Shown in pieces: positions 54,701 to 64,000 of a stretch of DNA of 64,000 nt. Under the pieces are notes generated by a model. The model saw nothing but the letters and a program-made list of their open reading frames with translations. It did no database searches and had not been told where the DNA came from. The stretch is taken from contig NC_092671.1 of NCBI RefSeq assembly GCF_964355755.1, positions 8,618,001 through 8,682,000 of the forward strand, given 5' to 3'. The translations under genes were made by a program, and so were the position numbers. Source of the stretch: Antedon mediterranea (taxonomy: Eukaryota > Animalia > Echinodermata). How positions within the stretch are numbered: the stretch's first letter is position 1; every line of letters starts with the position of its first letter.

Positions 54701-55491
54701 AAATGATTTTATACAATGACATGTCAATATTTTTTAGAAACTGGATAAGGTCAGGTGTGCGAAATATTAAGGATATTGTAATTGAGAATAGGTTCATTAA
54801 CGCAAATGAATTACTAGATATGCTTAGGTATAAATCAAACTGGATTGCTGAATGGCAAATTGTATTAAACGCAATTCCAAAAGAATGGAAAGAGAAAATC
54901 TTTTTAAGGGATAAAAACCAAAAGCACTCAAAAACAACACACGTTCGATGTTTGAATATGAGTAGCAAACAAATATGTTCTTTCTTTATTAAGGAAAAAT
55001 GTCTAGAACCATCCAAAAGTAAAACAAAATGGGAAACATATTTTAACATGGAGAACGATTGGTCTGTAACATGGAAAAGAAAAATTAAAGATATTAAAGA
55101 TAATAAACTTAAACAGTTGAACATCAAACTATTGCATTGTATAACACCTACCAAAAGAAGGCTGTTAAAATGGAAAATAAGCAACACAGATACTTGCCTA
55201 CAATGCAACGTAGTAGAGGATGATGCCCATTTCTTTTATGAATGCACTGAAGTAAAACCCTTATGGGAATATATTAACGTTTACACCATGCACAAATTTG
55301 GGATCGAGGCAAATTATCGAAACATTGTACTAGGTACAGGAAACAAATATGTAGACCACATGTTCTCTATTGGATGCTTCAGCGTTTACAAGGCACATAC
55401 TTTGAAAAATGTAAACAAATGGACCGGATCATTGTCTCGTCTTTTTATGGCGGAAAAAAACAAAAGATCTTACCTTAACCACCTATTATAA
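51799..55491 (+). CDS. Tx1-type ORF2: APE endonuclease + reverse transcriptase + C-terminal zinc-binding motif
   Basis: 1230 aa. APE motifs: SLNVRGL, LIQESH, NIYSPN, GGDMN, RLDYW, TDH. RT motifs: KAPGTDG, WRPITLLNTDYKI, LDFRKAFD, GIRQGCPLS, QLADDT, GLRLNKEKT. C-terminal CLQC-x7-H-x4-C. Confidence 0.97.
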   Translation: MAKQQNAILHCVSLNVRGLRVKQKQRKIFNWAKDNKIDIFLIQESHLTNIFVSNENFLWDGDAYHSFGSSFSKGVSILIKKDLQYKLIKQQIDINGRYILLKIDINGTQYTFVNIYSPNDSKVRGSFFNNIEKQIQTFSITDEYIIIGGDMNCIQDRLLDQKGSKMKTDKSVLKIKHLINKLKLVDSWRLLNKLKSQFTWCRKSANLFKRLDYWFVSKSLHDTGNIVSCDIRPAISTDHQGVSIKINIFQDSRGPGLWKLNSDYLQDEQFLNKINQIIDSCSQQFYFLNNIEIWELIKIKIKEFSINFGKLKSKNRNRNKENLQKEIQQLNAKLMNNDRDEYVNAEIEIKSKELEDIYDYEAKGAQIRSRAKWVEEGEKNSKYFLGLEKNNWKRKQIKRLKKSDGTCAKKTKDILIEEVKHFEKLYAKEDIQANDIQNYLNLIDVPKLTHLEKGLCEGELTSVECEEAIRSMKLNKAPGTDGLTVAFYQTLWPKIGVLVCNALNLCLKNGALSNTQKRGVINLIFKKGDLEDLNNWRPITLLNTDYKIAAFVLTKRLQNVIKTIVSNDQKGYIRGRFGGENIRLIEDVIEYMDTSKLSGALLSLDFRKAFDTVDRTFLVNTLYHFNFGPSFIAWVRVLYAETECIILNNGWCSKSFKMFRGIRQGCPLSALLFILVAEIMALKIKQDKLIKGILLPNPVVEVKIAQLADDTVLFMKDENSIKKCIDVVIKFGNLSGLRLNKEKTNAMWLGKWKKKDNILDINWISDGFKVLGVYIGHDKEFCFAKNWSEKIYSLQNTLRSWRKRNLTIFGKIIILKTLGLSKLVYVASIIDTPESVLKRVDNIIFDFLWDGKREKVKRVVLINEYESGGVKAPDFRSQVKSLKISWLKRLYNNEDSKWKCLPNTYFNRIGPKDIIDNISYIDKKNAIFKAIPDFYKSILCILVKLNSGMTKRQLCYDDILHQQLWYNKMILYNDMSIFFRNWIRSGVRNIKDIVIENRFINANELLDMLRYKSNWIAEWQIVLNAIPKEWKEKIFLRDKNQKHSKTTHVRCLNMSSKQICSFFIKEKCLEPSKSKTKWETYFNMENDWSVTWKRKIKDIKDNKLKQLNIKLLHCITPTKRRLLKWKISNTDTCLQCNVVEDDAHFFYECTEVKPLWEYINVYTMHKFGIEANYRNIVLGTGNKYVDHMFSIGCFSVYKAHTLKNVNKWTGSLSRLFMAEKNKRSYLNHLL

Positions 55492-56006
55492 TTTATATTT
55501 ATGTGAATCTGATTATTTAAAATATATTACATAATAATGTTGTATAATACACATAGGCAGTTTCATTTTATCTTGTATGAAATATAAATAAAAAAAAAAA
55601 AAAATTGTATAAATTAATATTGAAAACAAAAAAGAAACGTAACGCAACATAAGTAACGCACGAGAAGATAAGCAAACAAATATAACCATGAGACATAAAA
55701 CTAGACACAGGAGTAAGAAAAGCATTTTTAATATTTTTGTTTTTGTTTTTTTTTATTCGTATTTTAAAATAATGTATATAATCTGTATATAGGGTATAAA
55801 TGAATTGTATGTCAAAAATACTACCGAAAATAACTATACAACATTAGTAAATGTATCTCCTACAGTACATTTATTAGTTAAGTGTTCACAATGTTAGATG
55901 TTGAGAATTATAGAACAAAAAAAATACTAGAAAATTATGAAAAAAGGGGGATAACAGAAAAGAAATAATGCTCTGATTCCAAGAACAGTAACGTTGATAA
56001 AATAAA

Positions 56007-56054
<48 letters not shown>

Positions 56055-56224
56055 TAAATACACCAAACCAAACAAAAGTAAGAATAACAATGAATAGTTA
56101 TTATTATTATTAGAAATAATTGTATTAATCTGTTGATGAAATGAAATGAATAAATAGTGGTTAACGCCACAAAAGAGAAAAAAAAAAAAAGGTAAAGTAA
56201 AAATATAAGAAACTTTTTTTGTTT

Positions 56225-57245
56225 TTCGATAAAACTGGTTACTATAGCATGTTTATTATGCTATAGTAACCATTTATCTCAAATATGGTTATGATAGCAC
56301 AATTGACATGCGTAGAACCCATTACTCGCCTCTGCGCATGTTTATTATGCTATAGTAACCATTTATCTCAAATATGGTTATGATAGTACAATTGACATGC
56401 GCAGAACCCATTATTCGACTCTGCGCATGTTTATTATGCAATAGTAACCATTTCTGTCATTTATGTCGAAAATTTCTCTGTACTATAGTACAGGGATTTT
56501 TTTTAAAAAATGGCAACTTTTCGACCTTTTTATTTTTCGATAAAACTGGTTACTATAGCACAATTGACATGCGCAGAACCCATTACTCGCTTCTGCGCAT
56601 GTTTATTATGCTATAGTAACCATTTATCTCAAATATGGTTATGATAGTACAATTGACATGCACAGAACCCATTATTCGACTCTGCGCATGTTTATTATGC
56701 AATAGTAACCATTTATGTCAATAAATAAAAGGGTAAAAAATCGGCCATTTTTCGGAAATTTCCCTGTACTATTAGTACAGGGATTTTGTAAAAAATGACC
56801 ACATTTCGATCCTTTTATTTGTTGATAAAACTGGTTACTATCAATGACTCTATAAGATTATGATAATGCTGTATATGCGCATATATGGCAATATTATTGC
56901 CTAATAATTTAATTTTAAAAAGTCGAAATTTTGGCCATTTAAAAAAAATCCCCATACAGGGAAATTTCCGAAAAATTGCCAAATTTCAAACCTTTTATTT
57001 TGTGACATAACTACTTACTATATTGCAATTGACATGCTCAGAATCACATAATGTGTTCTGGGCATGTAACTTCAATGTGAAAAGGTCGAAATTTTGCCAA
57101 TTTTCGAGAAATTTTTGACTAGTTATACATATAACTGGTTACTATGGCTCTATAAGAGTGTGATAATGAAATTTGTGTGCATATATGGCAATATTATTAT
57201 TATATTTTGTTACAAAAATGGTTACTATAAAATAGTAACCAGTTA
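56225..57245. repeat. Modular palindromic (nested hairpin) repeat array
   Basis: Units with an 89-bp period, GGTTACTATAGCA-caattg-ACATGCGCAGA...TCTGCGCATGT-ttatta-TGCTATAGTAACC, are interleaved with palindromic CCCTGTACTA(T)TAGTACAGGG-centred modules and a third module. Confidence 0.85.
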
Positions 57246-60028
57246 TGTAAAAAAATAAAAGAATTGAAATGTTACACTGTACTACTAAAGTAAAAATATA
57301 TGATTGATTCACAAAACATAGAAACAATACGAATGGAAATTCATTAAAATTATTAACAAGGCAAATATTTATTTAAAAATTACAGTATAATCACATTTTT
57401 ACAATGATCCCAAAATCTTAAATAAAAATATACGTTTTTAAAAGCACCAATGCAACGGGACTGTCTTGCTGGGATGTATAGCAAACTAAACATTTATACA
57501 AATCAAATAATTAAATAGTTTTAAAATAGTATGTACAACAAAAACACTAATTGTACTGTAATTTTGTATTGTGATGACGCAAATGTTAAAATGTGTGTAA
57601 AAAATGCATATTATAACAATTAAAATGATACCTGTCTTTTGATTGGACGACTGTGGGTCACATGTTATAAAATAAGTACCCTATTTTAACACCCACAAAG
57701 CATGGTGTATTCCTATTTTCATTTCCAAATAATCCTTTGCTCAAGTTCCCGCACAAGCACAGTGTTTACTTTACTATATTTTCACTTCGGCTTTCACCTC
57801 ATGAAATTATTTGAACCATCACACTCATACACATTTATTATTTGTACTATTTCACATGTCAGATTGTCTGAATATGACTCATCATTGTGATAACAATACA
57901 GAATCTATACTTTAAACATTTAAATGTAAAAATTAATGAATTAAATAAAATAATATAATTATAAAATGTATCAAGAATAGATATTATAATAATAACTAAT
58001 GGATATAAATTTAGAAATTCCTTGAAAAAAAATCCATGAAACTAAACAAGAATATAAAAATATTAAAATAACATTATTTCAAGATTATCAAAGATCTCAA
58101 CAAAATCTTGTCATCTTAAAAAAATGAACAGATATACTAGATATACAATAGATATTATATAAAATAAAAAAGTATAATGTAGCATATAAACTAAAACTAA
58201 ATTATATGTAACAAAAATGAACTGCTTTTTTATAAATATGAATAAAAAAAAACATTTTTTATGTATTATTTATTTTTAATGAATCTAAATCATATTGCTA
58301 AATAAGTATATTTATGATAGAAAAGTATTACATTTATTAAGATACTGTATAAAAATAGATATTATGACTAAATTCACAAGTACATATATATTTCCTAAAA
58401 TAATGTTCTAGAATGTTGATATTGCAGGGAAAAGCATCTAAATAGTATATATATATTATTGTTATAAAAAAAATATTACACCATACAAAATAAGGTTGGT
58501 TAAAGAAACTAAGATTTTTACGAGAATCTATAGGTACGTGGAAAAATAAAAAATTGTTAAAACATAAAGAAAAATAATATCTTTAATTTAATGCAGGTAT
58601 GAATAGTTATAGGTTATAGGAACGGACTTAGGAGGGAGCTAGACAGGCTTTAGTCCTCCTGAAATTTAACAGCCCTGTCTTTTTAAAATAAAATAATGAC
58701 TATTTTTATTTTTCTGCAACACGACGGATCGTTTCTATCATTTATGAAATATTTAGCACCCCTTAATCAAACATTTTAAAATATATGGATATCAAGTTTG
58801 CTTATGTATTTCTTGACGTTTTGATAGATATACCTCGATCGTCCTCAGGAGTGAGAATGCAGGAAATCCAGAAACTTGGGGAATAAGTGAGATTGGGACG
58901 TAATTTAAAAATAAATAATATAATTAAATATTATAAATATATAAATTATAAGATAAACAATAAAAAATATTGTATATAATATCAAGGTTACATGAATGTT
59001 GAATGAATCAGTATGATTGTAAATATTCAAGTACACGAAAATAAATAACACACACGCTATTGTAGTAATATAAAAAGAAACTATTCCATGTTTCATCATT
59101 AGGATATTGCAGGTTAAAGGAACCAAAATAACAATTAAAACACATTTTTCAAGTACAATTAAAATAGCAAAATATTAAAATATCAAGGTTATGTTGGCTG
59201 AAGGTTAAAACGAAATAGGTTTTTAAAAGAAACATGTACAGAATTATGCGATTGTAGTTTTGTATTGCACTTATAGCTTTTAAACTTTGTAAAAAAACAA
59301 ATACAATCTGTATTTTTAAAATGACAAAAGTCATACATTTACTGTATAAATAATTTTCAAATTTGGTAATAAAAGGAAAAATCTTATACTTTTTAAACTT
59401 ATGACATAAATTTGTGTGATTTTTCGAAAGCAATTGTTTGTATATTTAAGGCATATTTAGATATTATGGGAGTAAACAATAATCAAATAAATAAAAAATG
59501 CATTATTTTTCAGCTTTCATAACAATTTTTAGGCTTACATTTAATAGTCGTTTTATGAAACAATGAGCTTGTTTTGAAGTTAAAAGTAACACCCGATATA
59601 CAGTATCAGTGCTGCATTTTCTCATAGCAATGTCATTGTTTGTAAAATTTTATTCTTATTGCAGTTTTAAATGCATGAAATTACCTAACTTAAAAACAAT
59701 TTTAAAATTTCATTGTATAATAAAAAAAAAATATTTTATTGAATACATTTATTCTGAATCTTTTCTAATTAATTTTGTTTTCTATTTTTATCATTGCGTT
59801 AATTATTTTGCTTTAAAATGTGTGAAATATGTTGTAATTAATTGTCTTTGTTTTTTTTTTGTGCCACTGTTAAAAAAGCGAAATATCAAATAAAGATCGT
59901 TATTATATCTGGGCTTTTTAAAAGAACAATATTGTGCTGTAGCAAATGTATACATATTAAATTTTCATGGAGAATTTAAAAAAAAAATCCATCCATAATA
60001 ACTTTAACAAAATGTACTGCAAATTTTA

Positions 60029-60172
60029 TCAAGAACCTTGATTGGGTTTCTGTTTCTTTTTTAATGCCAACTCTCTTCGTTCCAACTTTTTTATATTCTG
60101 TAAAAGGATGTCATTGTTCGGGTCCAGTTTGTACGCTGCTTCGTAATGGACTCGCGCTGATTTATAATCTCT
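60029..60172 (-). CDS. TMTC1: TMTC1 terminal coding exon
   Basis: ttgcag|AGA...TGA; RDYKSARVHYEAAYKLDPNNDILLQNIKKLERRELALKKKQKPNQGS*. Confidence 0.9.
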   Translation of the reverse strand, partial: RDYKSARVHYEAAYKLDPNNDILLQNIKKLERRELALKKKQKPNQGS

Positions 60173-63100
60173 CTGCAAATAAACATAAAACGTAAATTTA
60201 AAAACGATGACAGAGAAAATAGGAATCTGGGTTTACAAAAGAAAAACCTTGAAAGAAAGATGAATAAGCTTATGTCTTAAATTGTCTCAATCTTAACCCC
60301 CATGGGCCCTTTATCAAGGTTTTATAGTGGATAAACAACAGAGTAAAGATATAATAGTCTTAAGAATATGGAGGTATACGAATACAATACAAATATATGC
60401 TGAGAATCAGTTTGTACTAACCGTCATGTGATACATAGCTCCCAGGTTCATTTGTGCGATGCTGTTGTTAGGGTTCAAATCTGCTGCCTCTTTATAACTC
60501 TAAAAATTACATTAGTGTGATAAAAAACTTTGAAAACAGCAATATAAAAATACTTTTAAATTATTCTGGGGGTCAATGAAGGTCAACTGTGAGATTGTTA
60601 GCAAAGTGAACTTTAAAACAATGTTTTGAAGAGTTTTATGATAAATAATTCTCTACTGGGATCATAGGGTTATCAAAATGTTTGCATTTATTTAATTTTT
60701 ACAAATAACACCAAAAAAAATCAGTGAAATACTGTATCGAAGATTTCTTAGAGGCAAAAAAAAAAACAAGGAATGCTTTTTCTACTTTATAAATGGTTAA
60801 AGTGAAGGTCTAACCTTGTAGGCTATAAACCATTATCTTTAGTGTCCTGAATCTGACATAAAAATATCTTAAGATTTGTGAATACACCTTGGTACATACC
60901 ATTAAAGCTTCTTGTTTCTTATCCAAGTCTCTATAATGATTGCCACATTCTAATAGCAGTTTACTCTTGCTTAGACCTTCCATGTTTGGTTCAAGCTTCA
61001 ATGCAGCATTGATATGCTGTAAGGCCTGAGAAAAAAAAATAGACATGGATAGGGCATGCTCTAGGAAAAGAAACTATTATATCATTTGGAATTAGAAAGC
61101 AAAGAAGAAGGCAAGGAAAACCAGGTATATTCTTCCTTTCCTCACATTATCTTTTTGAATATAGAGCTTTTAGAATGTTAATGAAGTTCAGAATGTACGT
61201 ACCTGTTGATGGTTTCCAGTAATACCATAGATGCTTGATATCTGCTGATGTGCATCGCTGTAATTTGGATGTTTTGCTAAAACGTCTTTTAAGATTGTAA
61301 TAGCTCTGCTCATGTTGCCCAACTTAGCTATTACTTGGGCCTAATGACAAGAAAGACAAATAACTGCATAGAAATATTTAGGTATTTGCTACAAGATAAA
61401 TAAATTTGAAAGAGAAAAACACTAAATCAACCATTGATAATGCTTTGATAAATAATAAATATCTAAATTTGTGGTAAACTCAATCAAGACTTTGCTTGAT
61501 ATGCGAATCTATGTGAATGTATTAATGTATTAAGCTCTGTCTACAATATCAAACTTTATATGAAAAAAGAAATGTGATGTGCTTATACTGTATATGGGCA
61601 TGATGATGTCATATCAATACCATATATGGGCATATCACTACCATATATGGGCATATCACTACCATATATGGGCATATCACTACCATATATGGGCATATCA
61701 CTACCATATATGGGCATGTCACTACCATATTTGGGCACAAATAAAGTGTACATAGAGCTTTAGACATCTTCAATTGTGTAGTGGTCACTCTGAAAGCACC
61801 AAGTTATCGCTCCACTACCAATTCTCTACTTACATATTGAGTATTTATCTCTTTACTATCTGGATCTATACCAATAGCTGTTTCATACAAAGACTTTGCA
61901 TCTAGAGGGCGCTCTGTGTTAAAGTACAAGGCACCGAGAGACTTCATCACTTCAGTGTCACTGTTTAAATTCAAAACTCTGAAAAAATGCAATGTATTAC
62001 AAGTCAAAAATAAGAAATTCATTATAATAAATAATTGTTTTATTTTCATCAATGATACGTACTATCTGTAAATATTTATTGACTTAAGTTAAATACTATG
62101 AAATCTTAATATAAAGGAAATATCGCACTTAAGTGTGATTGCTAAATATGTTTATTCTAATTTATTCATATCTGTCATAGCTTGTGTCTTTAAGTAAGAC
62201 AATTTTTCTTGACTTGTTCCTCCCAAAGCTGGAGCATATGGAGGAAGGGTGAACTCAACCATTTAAAACTACAAATCAAATCTGGTGATATCATACTATG
62301 CTATTCGCTGATGTTCTCGCACGTTGTTAATGCACAAAGCGCCATGAGCGCCACATGGGTGGAGGATACCGGCGCTATATAAGTTTTCATTTATTATTAT
62401 TATTATACTATAACCACATGTAGTAGATAAGAGTTAATGTCCTATGTTAAAAAAAAAACTACACTAAAAATATATTTATTGGTAATGCTGGTAATAAAAT
62501 TGATTAAAGAATCATGTTGTAACATGTATTTTATTATGACAACTGCTTCCTATAGTAGAATTTCAAATTATAACAGTTGCTTGCAGACTTAGTGAAATTA
62601 AAAAACCTGTGGATCTATAAAACTGGAGATATTAGATTTATAAATCAACATTAATACAGTTGACACTCTGTAATTGAACAAATCCCACGTCATCATTCAA
62701 AGAAACTGAAATATATCATTTCCCGATAATATGGTTAAGAATTTGATTAATTAACAAGTTTAATGTCAGTTATGAAACTTAAAGACGGCAATAAAGCACA
62801 GGTTGGTAAATGACAGTGTCGTAAATGACCTACAGCTCTCTGTTTAAAATTGCTTCCTAAAATTCAAGATTCCGTGCTAATCTAGGCCGGTCCAAAATAT
62901 GCAAAATCTGGTTTTCTGAATGCAATCTTGATACTAGACTATTTTTCAATCATCGATATTTTTATTCCATAATCGAAATAAAAACATATACAAATACAAT
63001 AAAAATAATATAATAATGGAAAGGGATACAAAATAAGCGCTTTAAATATCTGACACTAACAAAATAGAACAGACATTGGTACAAACAAATAAAAAAACCA

Positions 63101-63769
63101 AAATAACAAAATGTAAGGGTACACCTTCGGGACCCAACAGAAGGGACGCTTAATAGAAATGTTCCCTGAATAAGATTTGGTTGTAGGGTCAAAATATTTG
63201 TTCTTTTCACAGGAAGTGCCCACTTAAAGGAAAGGGTTCCACTGTAGAGTTTGACATTCTAGTTTTAGGAGGGATTCCGTTATTTGAAAGCAGGTAATAA
63301 TTCTTGCAGTTCAATGATGCTATGCAGTACATCAATAGATAACAGAAGAATGGCTATCAGCAAAAGATTACAGTGCACCCTCTATTTTCATTAATGTGAA
63401 ATGGAAAAGTCACTATTACAATTCTGTATCCTTGTACTTTTGTGATGTCAGAAATGAAATTACCAAAAAAGGTGATAACAAAAGTGATCTATATATTTAA
63501 AATTCAGCATCATGAATCATGTTGAGGGATGGATCATTACATATAGTTTTCATGTTGATAAAATATATTTCCTGCTTGTAATAATATAGTATAATACTAT
63601 CAAATAAGTTTAAATAGATAGAAAAAACATTACCTAATGTACAAATCTTCAACTTCTTCAGTATGTCCAAGCTTACGTAGCGCCCTCGCTAAATTCACCA
63701 TAGCAACTGTGTGGGTAGGTTGTAAAGACAGACAGCGTCTATACTGCTCAACAGCCTCTGTCCATTCAT
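60029..63769 (-). CDS. TMTC1: Protein O-mannosyltransferase TMTC1, 3' part (6 coding exons; gene continues beyond window end)
   Basis: Minus-strand exons 63769-63634, 61978-61834, 61340-61203, 61025-60900, 60499-60422 and 60172-60029 have AG/GT boundaries and consistent phases. The spliced TPR protein (PTHTVAMVNLARALRKLG, SLGALYFNT, CGNHYRD, AQMNLGAMYHM, YKSARVHYEAA...LLQNIKKLER) parallels the human TMTC1 C-terminus as I recall it (PSHHVAMVNLGRLYRSLG, PLGALYYNT, AWMNMGGIQHI, YVSARAYYERA, LLKENLAKLDR). Confidence 0.9.
60422..60499 (-). CDS. TMTC1: TMTC1 exon (TPR)
   Basis: ttttag|AGT...ACG|gttagt; SYKEAADLNPNNSIAQMNLGAMYHMT. Confidence 0.9.
60900..61025 (-). CDS. TMTC1: TMTC1 exon (TPR)
   Basis: ttctcag|GCC...ATG|gtatgt; ALQHINAALKLEPNMEGLSKSKLLLECGNHYRDLDKKQEALM. 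Confidence 0.9.
61203..61340 (-). CDS. TMTC1: TMTC1 exon (TPR)
   Basis: cattag|GCC...CAG|gtacgt; AQVIAKLGNMSRAITILKDVLAKHPNYSDAHQQISSIYGITGNHQQ. Confidence 0.9.
61611..61737. repeat. 21-bp minisatellite (6 units) in TMTC1 intron, each unit containing a CArG box
   Basis: Unit CCATATATGGGCATATCACTA; CC(A/T)6GG at 61620, 61641, 61662, 61683, 61704 and 61725. Confidence 0.95.
61834..61978 (-). CDS. TMTC1: TMTC1 exon (TPR)
   Basis: ttttcag|A GTT...TAT|gtaagt; VLNLNSDTEVMKSLGALYFNTERPLDAKSLYETAIGIDPDSKEINTQY. Confidence 0.9.
62325..62406 (+). mobile_element. 3' tail of L2-type LINE/SINE
   Basis: AAAGCGCCATGAGC...GGCGCTATATAAG followed by (TTA)n: the stem-loop plus microsatellite tail typical of L2-mobilised elements. 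Confidence 0.6.
63634..63769 (-). CDS. TMTC1: TMTC1 exon (TPR)
   Basis: ttttgaag|AT GAA...ATT AG|gtaatg; EWTEAVEQYRRCLSLQPTHTVAMVNLARALRKLGHTEEVEDLYI. Confidence 0.88.
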
Positions 63770-64000
63770 CTTCAAAATATATTTTTACATAATATAGAAA
63801 GAAGGTATGAACAATATGAGAATGTCCGCAACAGTGTTCAACTCAAGGAGGTTAGTTTTATATACAATTAAAATACACAAAGACTTTATTTTATTATTAC
63901 ATTTTGCAGAATTGCAGGCCTAACAGTGTATCAAACACCTCCCAGCCTCTCCAAATTATTTTCACTTTTAGTAAGATAATTAAGAACCAACTGTAGACAT

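Larger units (their letters stand above)
50198..56187 (+). mobile_element. Full-length Tx1/L1-clade non-LTR retrotransposon
   Basis: Layout: 5' UTR of about 190 nt, ORF1, 88-nt spacer, ORF2, A-rich 3' UTR, AATAAA at 56149-56154 and poly(A). It is flanked by the direct repeat AAAGGTAAAGTAA at 50185-50197 and 56188-56200 (TSD). Confidence 0.95.

Noticed and set aside
51096-55208. Antisense ORFs (51096, 51203, 51512, 52893, 53502, 54270, 54681)
   Set aside because: These are shadows of Tx1 ORF1/ORF2 codon structure, with F/L/S-rich composition and no motifs.
56225-56720. CRISPR-like appearance of palindromic repeats; likewise the arrays at 45392-45613 and 61611-61737
   Set aside because: The intervening sequences are themselves repeated rather than unique spacers, there are no cas genes, and the context is eukaryotic.

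Overview
AT-rich animal (probably marine invertebrate) genomic DNA, not prokaryotic. Two spliced protein O-mannosyltransferase paralogues converge tail-to-tail. The 3' ten coding exons of TMTC3 lie on + (7698-41844, with two 10-11 kb introns), and the last six coding exons of TMTC1 lie on - (63769-60029). Between them are a single-coding-exon 244-aa charged/coiled-coil ORF (47272-48006, -) and a full-length, apparently intact Tx1/L1-clade non-LTR retrotransposon (50198-56187). The retrotransposon has a CCHC ORF1, an APE-RT ORF2, a poly(A) tail and a 13-bp target-site duplication, and sits at the edge of a modular nested-hairpin repeat (56225-57245). The introns and intergenic DNA contain a tRNA-derived SINE, a Helentron-type non-autonomous element, MITEs, minisatellites and decayed coding relics. 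They also contain several striking motif clusters: six phased CArG boxes, three adjacent RFX X-box-like palindromes, and Meis + Pbx-Hox composites. Gene identities come from manual translation and recalled similarity to human proteins; no database search was run.
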